In this document: in pieces, positions 7,995-15,862 of the stretch
Layout of the letters: each line of letters opens with the position of its first letter
Numbering within the stretch: the first letter of the stretch is position 1
Source of the DNA: a virus
Lineage: Duplodnaviria > Caudoviricetes
IMG/VR virus record: IMGVR_UViG_3300017700_000643
Coordinates: 1 to 40,056 of that record
Reading direction: 5' to 3' (one strand)
Length of the DNA: 40,056 bases
Translations under genes and position numbers: made by a program
The notes under the pieces: generated by a model
Database searches by the model: none
What the model was told of the DNA's origin: nothing
The model's input: the letters and a program-made list of their open reading frames with translations, nothing else

Positions 7995-8558
7995 TTAGGC
8001 TGCGACTGCTTCGCCAGCGCGCGAGCGCGGCTTGGTGGATGCGGGCGCTGCTGTCTGGGTGGCACGCTTTGCGGCCTTGGTCGCCTTGACGCGGGCGTTG
8101 ATGGCGAGTTGCCGCTTGGCGTAGTGCTCGGCTATTGCCTTTTCTTCGTCTTGCAATTTGGCGATCTGCCGGTCGAAATATTCCGCGTAGCGCGCGTTCT
8201 TCGCGAGGAATTTGAGCGCCTCTTCAAATTGCTCCAGCACGCCGGACAGCACGTTGTCTTTGGTCTTCTTGCCGACCCGCATCAGAGGCATGCCACCACC
8301 GCGGCCTGGCGCGCGCAACCCGAGCGCGTCAACCACCATGGCCTCCAGGTGTGCGCCGTTACAGCCGTGAGTCTTCACGTAGTCGCAAAGCTGTTTGACG
8401 ATCTGAATGCCGCGAATCTTGCCTGCGTAGTAATCAAGAGGCTCAACGTCGAAATAGTTGTAGCTTGTCAGCCACCGCCCGCGCGGTGTTTCCTCATGGG
8501 AGACAAAAGACAGTTCCGGATTAACCTTTTTGATAGAGGTCGCGGCTGGTTTTTTCAT
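7995..8558 (-). CDS. Hypothetical protein (187 aa; start re-called at 8558)
   Basis: ATG at 8558 preceded by CAAGGA; the longer ORF-track start overlaps the upstream gene; Lys/Ala-rich C-terminal tail. Confidence 0.75.
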   Translation of the reverse strand: MKKPAATSIKKVNPELSFVSHEETPRGRWLTSYNYFDVEPLDYYAGKIRGIQIVKQLCDYVKTHGCNGAHLEAMVVDALGLRAPGRGGGMPLMRVGKKTKDNVLSGVLEQFEEALKFLAKNARYAEYFDRQIAKLQDEEKAIAEHYAKRQLAINARVKATKAAKRATQTAAPASTKPRSRAGEAVAA

Positions 8559-8583
8559 GATGATTCCTTGAAGTGGCGACGGG

Positions 8584-9648
8584 TCAGGCGGCAACGGGGG
8601 TTTTATTGGCCTTGACTTTGGGCTTGGCCTTGGCCTTCGGCACAGGGGGTGCGGAGGTTTCGCTGTCGGGGAATTTCTCTCCGGGGAGCAGGCCGGTTTC
8701 AGGATGGCGCAGAACGGTCGGAACAATCATTCGGTCGTAGTCGAGCGCGGCGAACTCTTTCACATAGCCCTTGTCCAGAATGTTGGGCCCGATGATGGCG
8801 CTAAGCACGGAGGCAAACCCTTCTGCCGTCTCTGGCTTGCTCATGACCGCCTTTAGATATGCGAGCGCAAAGTTATCTTGACGATGTCCGGGCCTGTGCG
8901 TGCCGTCCAGTTCCATTTTGTCGCCGTCCCTGGTGTGGGCTTTGGTGAGCATTTCAATTGCGCTATTCACCCCGGCCATGTAGTCGTCCTCTTTGGCTGG
9001 CTTAGCGGCCTCCTTCAAGTCGCTGTCAAGGCGCTCATTGGCCCGCTGGCTGTAGACCACCCGGGCGGCCTGCCAGAGGGTGATGTCGGGGCCGGACAGG
9101 CCACTCATGAGGACAGAGTTAAGGGCCTTGATGCGCAGGGCCAGCGTTTCCATTACTGCGCACGGCTGCATGCAGTCGGTATCGACGTTGACTTCTGGAA
9201 TCTGGTTCAACAGTTCATCGCACAGGGGCTCAATGGCCCATGTCGCCTCCAGCGCCAGACCTCGGCCGACCGAGTCCAACATGGTCAGGTCCGAATCGCG
9301 TGTCAGCGGCTCATTCTTCGTTAGCTCCTGCTCGCGTGTGGGCTCCTCGCCCGGCTCAATGGCCTGGATCAGCGGGAGGTATTCGTCCAATTTTTTCAGC
9401 GCGTTATCAATGTTGAGTTTTTGCGCCTCGGTCGTGTCATTGCAGTCATATAGCAGAGGCAGAGTCCCAATCACCATCGTTACGAGCGGAACGCCTCTAG
9501 CATTCATCGGGGCGGCCTGGAAATTCACCAAGAGAGTGGAGGCGCGGAGGGCGCAAGTCGAATTCGGGACGCTTTTGCCGCATTCCACCAAGGCCGCGAG
9601 GTTGCCGGTGATGACGATATTCAGAGCCGCAATTAAATTAGAATTCAT
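8584..9648 (-). CDS. Hypothetical multi-module protein with LALEAxWxIExLC module
   Basis: 354-aa ORF with AAGGA RBS; middle module paralogous to 7237..7974. Confidence 0.8.
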   Translation of the reverse strand: MNSNLIAALNIVITGNLAALVECGKSVPNSTCALRASTLLVNFQAAPMNARGVPLVTMVIGTLPLLYDCNDTTEAQKLNIDNALKKLDEYLPLIQAIEPGEEPTREQELTKNEPLTRDSDLTMLDSVGRGLALEATWAIEPLCDELLNQIPEVNVDTDCMQPCAVMETLALRIKALNSVLMSGLSGPDITLWQAARVVYSQRANERLDSDLKEAAKPAKEDDYMAGVNSAIEMLTKAHTRDGDKMELDGTHRPGHRQDNFALAYLKAVMSKPETAEGFASVLSAIIGPNILDKGYVKEFAALDYDRMIVPTVLRHPETGLLPGEKFPDSETSAPPVPKAKAKPKVKANKTPVAA

Positions 9649-9688
9649 GGTGTCGATCCTTGCTTTGATAGGTGGGGTGATTGACTAG

Positions 9689-9717
9689 ATGCCCCGGCGT
9701 TACAAGCACCGGGGCAT
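9689..9717. promoter_or_regulatory. GC-rich hairpin between the first two PL genes
   Basis: ATGCCCCGG-N11-CCGGGGCAT perfect 9-bp inverted repeat; no U-tract in the transcribed (minus) direction. Confidence 0.45.
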
Positions 9718-9735
9718 TGCCTTTTGGGGAAATAG

Positions 9736-10059
9736 TTAAGTTGGGTAGGCCGTTGCCGCAGTCGCGCCAAGTTGATAGAAGCTGACGACCTCGGCCGCGG
9801 TGAGCGCGTCAGCCGGTGCGCGCTTCGTAAACACTCCAGACAGGCCGAAGTACTGCATGCGCTTTTGCATGTCGCCACAAAGACGGGCTTGCAGCCGCAA
9901 AGACTGTTCGGCGGCGGTCGGGTGGCCGTGAGCGCTCATCGGGACGGCGTCAGCGGCGGCATTGAATAGATGCTGTGCCGCTGGCCAATCGCGGCGAGCC
10001 TGCGCCTTGGTTGCCTCGGCCCGCAGGCCTTTGCTGGGTGTTGCTGGGATATTTGCCAT
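9736..10059 (-). CDS. First gene of the PL operon; small helical protein, possibly ANR/PerC-like
   Basis: ATG at 10059 with GGAGGA RBS; AxxAxxRRDWxAAxxLFxxAA...RxxxxxC pattern loosely recalls phage ANR/PerC-type regulators. Confidence 0.55.
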   Translation of the reverse strand: MANIPATPSKGLRAEATKAQARRDWPAAQHLFNAAADAVPMSAHGHPTAAEQSLRLQARLCGDMQKRMQYFGLSGVFTKRAPADALTAAEVVSFYQLGATAATAYPT

Positions 10060-10096
10060 CGTTTTCCTCCATGCCCCAAAACTAGGGCCGTGAGGA

Positions 10097-10137
10097 ATTA
10101 TCACGTTTGTGATTCAAGCTGTCAACACGTACGTGTT
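10097..10137 (-). promoter_or_regulatory. PL promoter with two overlapping repressor operators (OL)
   Basis: Minus-strand TTGACA (10125-10120)-17 bp-GATAAT (10102-10097). Operators ATCACGTTTGTGAT (10100-10113) and AACACGTACGTGTT (10124-10137). Confidence 0.85.
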
Positions 10138-10250
10138 AACAGGCCTGCGATGTGATTAAAACCACCTATTTGGCGGGGGTGACTATGTGGTTTGTTGCTT
10201 GCTGGCAGGCCGGCGCCAGGCCCACAATGGCAGAATCCCGAAAGATCGCC

Positions 10251-10508
10251 ATGAAAACCCCGCCCAGCTCCATGCCGCCCGATTACCAGGCGGCGTTCAT
10301 CAAGCAGCTTGAAGAATTGAAGGAGGCAGCGGAGCGCGGTGAAGTGACCGGGCTCATGTATCTGGTCGAGGAACCGGATGGGACGCGGCGCTTTGAGGTG
10401 GTCGAGGACTACGCCACTGACCCGCCCGAGTTTCTGGCGGAGGCACGCGCCACTCTGGAGGCGCTATTGAATGGTGAAGACCCGGCTGGCGGGTCCCTGA
10501 GGCACTAG
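10251..10508 (+). CDS. Small acidic hypothetical protein in the immunity region
   Basis: 85 aa from ATG 10251, downstream of a possible TTGCTG-18-CACAAT promoter (10199-10228); convergent with 10516..11028. Confidence 0.65.
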   Translation: MKTPPSSMPPDYQAAFIKQLEELKEAAERGEVTGLMYLVEEPDGTRRFEVVEDYATDPPEFLAEARATLEALLNGEDPAGGSLRH

Positions 10509-10515
10509 GCCCGCT

Positions 10516-11028
10516 TTACTGGCAAGAGGTCGAGACGCCAGCACCGAGGGCATAGCTTGTGCAGTTCACTGGTGGCCGCGGCATTGCGCGGTTGGTCGAA
10601 AGTGCCATGCTCCGCAAGAAATTCCCCATAGCGGTCGAACGTGCGGCATCGCTGGCGGCGGCGGCGGTAGCCTGGTCCTGGGCTTTCTGCTGGGCCGCAT
10701 TAGCACTGTCCCGTTCCGCTAGGGCGGTCTTGAAGCGTGCGAGTCGGTTCTCTTGGAGTTCCATGAATCTCTCACGCGTTATGGCCCCGCCCTGAAACTG
10801 TTCAGCATACTGGCGTACCGATGCGTGGTAAGCGTGCAGCAACCCGTCCGTCGGGAAATAGGCTTTAGCCGCACCTTCCAGCTCAATGGTCGTTTCGAGG
10901 ATGTTCAATTTGCCGGCATCCTGCTGGGCATAAATGCGCTGCATCTCCTGCTCGAACAATTTATTGGCGTCCTGCGCCAGCGCCAGCCCAGCGAACATTA
11001 GCAACATGAAGGCGAATAGCTTTTTCAT
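10516..11028 (-). CDS. Exported protein with Sec signal peptide, downstream of cI
   Basis: MKKLFAFMLLMFAGLALA-QD signal peptide, GAGGA RBS, C-terminal Cys pair (VNCTS...TSCQ); 18 bp after the cI stop. Confidence 0.8.
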   Translation of the reverse strand: MKKLFAFMLLMFAGLALAQDANKLFEQEMQRIYAQQDAGKLNILETTIELEGAAKAYFPTDGLLHAYHASVRQYAEQFQGGAITRERFMELQENRLARFKTALAERDSANAAQQKAQDQATAAAASDAARSTAMGNFLRSMALSTNRAMPRPPVNCTSYALGAGVSTSCQ

Positions 11029-11046
11029 CTGTCTTCCTCTCGGTTG

Positions 11047-11709
11047 TTACAGCTTGCCACGGGTCTGGTACTCGATCACCTTGCCAATCACGCGAACTGC
11101 GGGATCGTCAATCTCCACCATAGGATACGACGGATTCAGTGGTTTGAGATACCACCGCCCGGCGTCATAGGCCAATCGCTTGAAGGTGGCCTTCTGGGTG
11201 GTTACGTCCTTGGCAACAACGTAATTGCCTGGGTCCACGGATCTGTTGGGGTCCACAACAATGATGGTCCCATCTGGGAAGCTAACGTCTCCAGGAATCG
11301 GGCTTGTCATGCTGTCACCGGCCACCTGCAGCGCAAAGGTGCTCGGGCTCGGTTTAGTGTCGTAAACGTGCACCCAGTCGTCGGCCTGGCCGGGTAGATA
11401 AATGTCTTGTACGTCACCCATCTGACCGGCCGTAACCCAGGAAATAAGCGGCACTCTCGCCCGCATTTCTGCGCTGCTGACGTTGGAATCTTGCTGCAAG
11501 GCAAGCGCGTCCTCTTTCCCACTGGATAGCCATTCTGCAGAAACCCCCAAAGCTGCGGCGATGCGCAAAAGCTCACGCGGGCTTTGACGCAGCCCTGATT
11601 CCAGATTGCCAATAGTGCCCTGGCTCACGCCTGCCTGCCTGGCGAGCTGGGCCTGCGTCAAATTTCGCGCCTGCCTGGCTGTCTTTACTCGGTTGGAAAT
11701 GTTTGTCAC
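11047..11709 (-). CDS. cI: CI-like repressor (HTH + S24 autopeptidase); probable GTG start at 11709 (alternative ATG 11736)
   Basis: HTH LTQAQLARQAGVSQGTIGNLESG; Ala-Gly site VTAG; catalytic GDSM and TFKRL. The ORF-track start at 12087 runs through cro and is rejected. Confidence 0.9.
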   Translation of the reverse strand: MTNISNRVKTARQARNLTQAQLARQAGVSQGTIGNLESGLRQSPRELLRIAAALGVSAEWLSSGKEDALALQQDSNVSSAEMRARVPLISWVTAGQMGDVQDIYLPGQADDWVHVYDTKPSPSTFALQVAGDSMTSPIPGDVSFPDGTIIVVDPNRSVDPGNYVVAKDVTTQKATFKRLAYDAGRWYLKPLNPSYPMVEIDDPAVRVIGKVIEYQTRGKL

Positions 11710-11771
11710 GGCCGTGATTAAAACAGGGAGTTGCATCACGTTGGTGTTTGTCCGATAATCACGATCGTGAT
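11705..11771. promoter_or_regulatory. OR region: three operators, PR and PRM
   Basis: GTCACGGCCGTGAT (11705-11718), ATCACGTTGGTGTT (11735-11748), ATCACGATCGTGAT (11758-11771). PR: TTGCAT (11731-11736)-17-GATAAT (11754-11759). PRM -10 TTTAAT on the minus strand (11722-11717). Confidence 0.8.
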
Positions 11772-11785
11772 AATTAAGGAAAAGC

Positions 11786-12073
11786 ATGGAACCCCCAAAA
11801 ACTGAAGAAGAAGCCGCGCTCGGCCCCGAAATGTTGGCCCTTGATGAGGCCATCGCCAAGGTCGGCGGGGTGGGTGTGTTTGCCGGGCGGGTTGGCGCTT
11901 CCGCCAGCGCGCCCAGCATGTGGAAGAAGCGCCGCCGCGTTCCCGCCGAGTACTGCCCAGCCATTGAGCGGGAAACCGGTGTTGTGTGCGAACGGCTCCG
12001 CCCGGATGTGGCCTGGGATGTCCTGCGACTGCAGGGCACCGTCACCACGGCCGCAACCTGCGAGCAGGAATAG
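11786..12073 (+). CDS. cro: Cro/YdaS-like transcriptional regulator
   Basis: Divergent from cI, AAGGA RBS; AIAKVGG...SMWKK...VPAEYCPAIERETGVVCERLRPDVAW Cro/YdaS signature. Confidence 0.9.
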   Translation: MEPPKTEEEAALGPEMLALDEAIAKVGGVGVFAGRVGASASAPSMWKKRRRVPAEYCPAIERETGVVCERLRPDVAWDVLRLQGTVTTAATCEQE

Positions 12074-12083
12074 CGCCTGTGAC

Positions 12084-12323
12084 TCATTGCCTGTTCCTCA
12101 TGCCCCGCGCTGGCGCGCGCACCGGCCCACGCGCAGGCACTGAGGAAAAGCTATGGACGAGGCGGAGCTCACCAGCCCGCCAGTGCATAGACAGCACCGA
12201 AGTGGCTACGGCCATTGTCTTGCGCCCGTCGGCGTCGGTATTGAGTGCAGTCCTGGTGTGGCTGCTTTCGTGGATATGCGCCAGACCGGCGGCGGGTGTC
12301 GTCAGCGTTTTTGTGATGGTCAT
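12084..12323 (-). CDS. Possible small hypothetical protein (strand uncertain; alternative + ORF 12153..12341)
   Basis: Fills the cro-cII gap; both candidate ORFs have purine-rich leaders and neither is recognisable. Confidence 0.25.
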   Translation of the reverse strand: MTITKTLTTPAAGLAHIHESSHTRTALNTDADGRKTMAVATSVLSMHWRAGELRLVHSFSSVPARGPVRAPARGMRNRQ

Positions 12324-12466
12324 AGGGTTCTTTTTTCTTAAACAAAGGGGTTGATTGAGTGGTTGGCTACATGGACGGCGGATGCGGGCATTCAGCTCGA
12401 ATTCAGCCCGGATGCCATGAAGAACCAGCTCAAGCAGCTATCAAAAGCGTAGCAAGAGGTGGGCAA

Positions 12467-12799
12467 ATGGAAGACGAAAATCAATACTCGCGCACCGGCA
12501 TGGTCAGCCCGATGGGCACCTTGACCGAACCAGCCAAGACCCTGGTGGACTTCAAGACCATGCAGCAGTTTCGTGAACTGGTTGCGGGCTTGGACATGGA
12601 CGTGGCCGGCGCACTGCGGGACTGGATCTACCTGCAGGTTCATGGTCAGACGTTTACCGATTTGTGTACTCATGCAGCGAAGGTTAAGGCTCGGAAACTC
12701 TTTGGTGAAGGCCCGAATGCGGGCCGAATCAGGTCCGAACCCGCGGCCCCCGTACAACCAGCGGCAAGCCAGCGCGTTCCTGAGGGCGCCGCGCAGTGA
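12467..12799 (+). CDS. CII-position DNA-binding protein (ribbon-helix-helix-like)
   Basis: ATG 12467 with GAGGT RBS; short strand plus two helices (AKTLVD...FRELVAGLDMDVAGALRDWIY); stop overlaps the initiator start. Confidence 0.6.
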   Translation: MEDENQYSRTGMVSPMGTLTEPAKTLVDFKTMQQFRELVAGLDMDVAGALRDWIYLQVHGQTFTDLCTHAAKVKARKLFGEGPNAGRIRSEPAAPVQPAASQRVPEGAAQ

Positions 12800-13857
12800 A
12801 CTACGTGGATATGCACATCGGCGACTACGCGGAGGCCACGGGCCACCTATCGCCCCTGGAAGACGGCATCTATTGGCGGATGCTGCGGAAGTACTACGCC
12901 ACCGAGCGCCCGCTACCGGCTGAGGTGGAAAAGATTCAGCGGCTCGTAGCTGCCAAAAGCCCGGATGAAGTTGCGGCCGTCGATGCCGTGCTGGCTGACT
13001 TCTTCAAGCTTGGCCCTGATGGCTGGCATCAAGAGCGATGCGACGAAGTCATTGCCGCGTACAAGGCGGGTGAGCCGGATCGCGAAGCGAAAAAGATCAA
13101 CGAGCAAACCCGGTCCGACCGTCACCGCCAAGAACGTCGCAAGTTGTTCGAGGCGCTGAACAATGCCGGAAAACATGCCGCCTGGAATATCGGGATCAAG
13201 GAATTGCGCGAAATGGTACTGGCGCACTGCGGTGCAGAAGCAGTGAAAAACGCGGCAATTCATGCTCCAGAGGCCGCACCGGTAACGCCCAAACCGTCGC
13301 AGGCCGGGCATGCGCCCACCAATGGAGATACGGCACCAGTAACGGCACCTGCGACACCTGTCACGGCAACTGCAACGCTTGTCACGGCTACCCAATCCCC
13401 ACTACCCACTACCCATAACCCAATACCCAATAGTTTAAATACCCCCCTACCCCCCAAAGGGGGCAGACGTGTGAGGGCTCCGCAGCCTGACGCGGAAGAC
13501 CCGCCCGGGTTTATCGAGTGGTATGCCGAATACCGCCGCAAGGACGCACGCAAGGACGCAGTGAAGGCCTGGGTAACGCTGGCACCAGATGCGGCCCTGC
13601 AGGAGCGCATGCTGGCCGCCCTGCGCCGCTGGCCCTGGAAGCCAGAAGCGAAGTTCAACCCGCTGCCCGCGTCCTGGTTGCGCGGTGCGCGATGGACGGA
13701 CGAATGCGTGAGCGAGGCCACGCCAACGAAGTGCCCGGAGTGGTGCCGCGCGGCGGGCTTTGACAACGTACACGAAGCCGCCAACTTTCAGTGCTACGAG
13801 CACACCGCCCACCAGTTCAAAAACCGCCAGCGTGTGGCGGAAGGGGCGGCAGCGTGA
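12796..13857 (+). CDS. Replication initiator, YdaU/DUF1376-like
   Basis: MNYVDMHIGDY...HLSPLEDGIYWRMLRKYYATERPLP N-domain; internal iteron region; C-terminal F..WY..Y.RK..RK.A.KAW...PASWL.G.RW.DE domain. Confidence 0.88.
   Translation: MNYVDMHIGDYAEATGHLSPLEDGIYWRMLRKYYATERPLPAEVEKIQRLVAAKSPDEVAAVDAVLADFFKLGPDGWHQERCDEVIAAYKAGEPDREAKKINEQTRSDRHRQERRKLFEALNNAGKHAAWNIGIKELREMVLAHCGAEAVKNAAIHAPEAAPVTPKPSQAGHAPTNGDTAPVTAPATPVTATATLVTATQSPLPTTHNPIPNSLNTPLPPKGGRRVRAPQPDAEDPPGFIEWYAEYRRKDARKDAVKAWVTLAPDAALQERMLAALRRWPWKPEAKFNPLPASWLRGARWTDECVSEATPTKCPEWCRAAGFDNVHEAANFQCYEHTAHQFKNRQRVAEGAAA
13333..13441. repeat. Putative replication origin inside the initiator gene
   Basis: Three imperfect 21-bp tandem repeats (13333-13395, core GT(A/C)ACGGC), six 7-mers resembling TACCCA(A/C/T) (13389-13430), then AT-rich TAGTTTAAATA. 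Confidence 0.65.
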
Positions 13858-14063
13858 CCGAGGAAATCCGCCACGACTGCGCCACCTGCGGGGCGAAATT
13901 CATCATCCAGCACCCGGCATTGTGCGAGGTGTTCGGCATCCCCAACCCGCGCTTGGTTTTCACCGGCTTTCAGCTTTACGACTCGGTGGCGGATGTCGAT
14001 GTTGATGAGCTGGATAGCTGCGACCGGACGGACTGCCCGGGTCTGAAAGGCGATGCCGCATGA
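13854..14063 (+). CDS. Small Cys-rich hypothetical protein (possible Zn-binding)
   Basis: GTG start overlapping the upstream TGA; CATC...C...CDRTDC; stop overlaps the primase start. Confidence 0.6.
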   Translation: MTEEIRHDCATCGAKFIIQHPALCEVFGIPNPRLVFTGFQLYDSVADVDVDELDSCDRTDCPGLKGDAA

Positions 14064-15862
14064 ACGCAAAAGAGCTATCCGAGCGCATGGCAGGCCAGGC
14101 CGAGAGCTTGGCCACCTACCTGCTGCCCAACGGCAAACGCAGGGGCAAAGAATGGAAGGCTGGCAGTGTTGACGGCGAGGAAGGCGACAGCCTATCCGTT
14201 TGCGTGCAGGGTGCAAAGTGCGGCGTCTGGAAGGACTTCCAGGGCGGCAAGGGCGGCGACATGCTGGACTTGTGGATGGCTACGCGCGGCTGCACGCTGC
14301 CCGAGGCCATGAAGGACGCGGCCGATTACCTGGGTATCCGGGACACCATGCCGGCGAACCAGCCACCGCCGAAGACCTACGCCAAGCCGGAAAAGCCGCG
14401 CGGCAAGCTGGCCCAGGGTCGGGCGCTCGAATGGCTGAAAGGCCGCGGGCTGACCGCTGAAACCATCGCCGCGTTCAAGGTGGTAGAGCAGACGCGCGGG
14501 GAAAAAGTCTATGCGCTGTTCCCATACTTTTCCGAATCGGGCGAGTACCTGAACGGCAAGAGCCGGAACATTGACGAAAAAAAGGACATGCGGCAGGAGG
14601 CCAACGCCATACCCTGCCTGTTCGGCTGGCACCTGATAGACCCCAAGCAGCGGGTCATCGCCATCACCGAGGGCGAGATTGACGCCATGACGCTGCACCA
14701 GATGGGCATACCGGCGCTGTCATGCAATGCTGGCGCGGGCAATCACCAATGGATTGAGAGCGACTGGGAACTGCTGGAGCGTTTCAGCGAAATCATCATT
14801 TTTTACGACTGCGACGAATCCGGCGAGAAGGGCGCGCGCGAAGTCATCCAGCGCCTGGGGCCTGATCGTTGCCGCCGCGCGCTGTACACCTACGGCGCCA
14901 AGGACGCAAACGACATGCTCATCAAGGGCTGCGAGCGCTCCGACTTCCTGGAGGTGCTGGATTCGGCCAAGTCGATGGACCCGGAAGAGCTGCGGGCTAT
15001 TTCCGACTTCATCAGCGACGTGAAGGCCAGCTTTTACCCCGTTGAGGGTGCTGCCCGTCCGCCGCGCCTGCGCCTTGACCAGGAGTTCACATGGTTCGAG
15101 TTCCGGGGCGGGGAAGTGACCCTATGGACGGGCATCAACGGCCACGGCAAGAGCATGCTGCTGTCCCAGGTGTCGCTGGGCCTCATGAAGCAGGGCGAAG
15201 TTTTCACCGTGTTCTCCGGGGAAATGCAGCCAGCGCGACAGCTCAAGCGCATGGTCAAGCAGGCCACCGGACTGGACAGGCCCGCCACCCCGTACATCGA
15301 CGCCGTCGGTGCATGGCTCTTGGACAAGTGCTGGGTATTCAACCAAGTGGGCCAAGCAAAGATTGATCGCCTGCTGGAAGTCTTCACGTACGCCCATCGG
15401 CGCTATGGGTCAACGCACTTCGTGATTGACAGCCTCATGACCACCGACGTGCCAGACGATGGACCGAAGGCAAACACCGAGCAAAAGCAGGCGATTGCCA
15501 AGCTTTGTGGGTTCGCCAAACAGTACAACGTCCACGTCCACCTGGTTGCCCACCCGCGCAAAGGCCGCGACGAAACCAGCGGCCCGGGAAAGATGGATGT
15601 CGCCGGCAGCGGCCACCTGACCAACGGCGTGGACAACATTTTCAGCGTGTGGAAGGCCCAGAAGGACGAAGCTAAGCCAGACGACACCGGGGAGCGGGAC
15701 GCAAAGCTGGAGCTCATGAAGCAGCGCGAGGACGGCGTTCAAAACTTCAGCCTCTCCCTCTGGTTCAACAAGGCGTCCATGCAGTACCGCTCAAGCAGCA
15801 GGCCCTTCTATTTTTGCTATGTCGATTACTCCAACCGGGAAGACCATGAACACACCCAGTAA
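14060..15862 (+). CDS. Bifunctional primase-helicase (TOPRIM + SF4/DnaB-like; T7 gp4/Twinkle type)
   Basis: ITEGEIDAM and YDCDESG TOPRIM motifs, KDAND, Walker A GINGHGKS, Walker B FVIDSL, HLVAHPRK. Confidence 0.93.
   Translation: MNAKELSERMAGQAESLATYLLPNGKRRGKEWKAGSVDGEEGDSLSVCVQGAKCGVWKDFQGGKGGDMLDLWMATRGCTLPEAMKDAADYLGIRDTMPANQPPPKTYAKPEKPRGKLAQGRALEWLKGRGLTAETIAAFKVVEQTRGEKVYALFPYFSESGEYLNGKSRNIDEKKDMRQEANAIPCLFGWHLIDPKQRVIAITEGEIDAMTLHQMGIPALSCNAGAGNHQWIESDWELLERFSEIIIFYDCDESGEKGAREVIQRLGPDRCRRALYTYGAKDANDMLIKGCERSDFLEVLDSAKSMDPEELRAISDFISDVKASFYPVEGAARPPRLRLDQEFTWFEFRGGEVTLWTGINGHGKSMLLSQVSLGLMKQGEVFTVFSGEMQPARQLKRMVKQATGLDRPATPYIDAVGAWLLDKCWVFNQVGQAKIDRLLEVFTYAHRRYGSTHFVIDSLMTTDVPDDGPKANTEQKQAIAKLCGFAKQYNVHVHLVAHPRKGRDETSGPGKMDVAGSGHLTNGVDNIFSVWKAQKDEAKPDDTGERDAKLELMKQREDGVQNFSLSLWFNKASMQYRSSSRPFYFCYVDYSNREDHEHTQ

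Noticed and set aside
10143-10159. Third OL operator
   Set aside because: Only one half-site (TGTGAT) matches; the other half does not fit the consensus.
11710-12087. N-terminal extension of cI given by the ORF track (346 aa)
   Set aside because: It would overlap cro and the OR operators; the HTH starts right after 11709. Similar over-long starts were trimmed for Rz, terS, 7995.., 9736.., 12359.., 26613.., 27999.., 28279.. and 31469..
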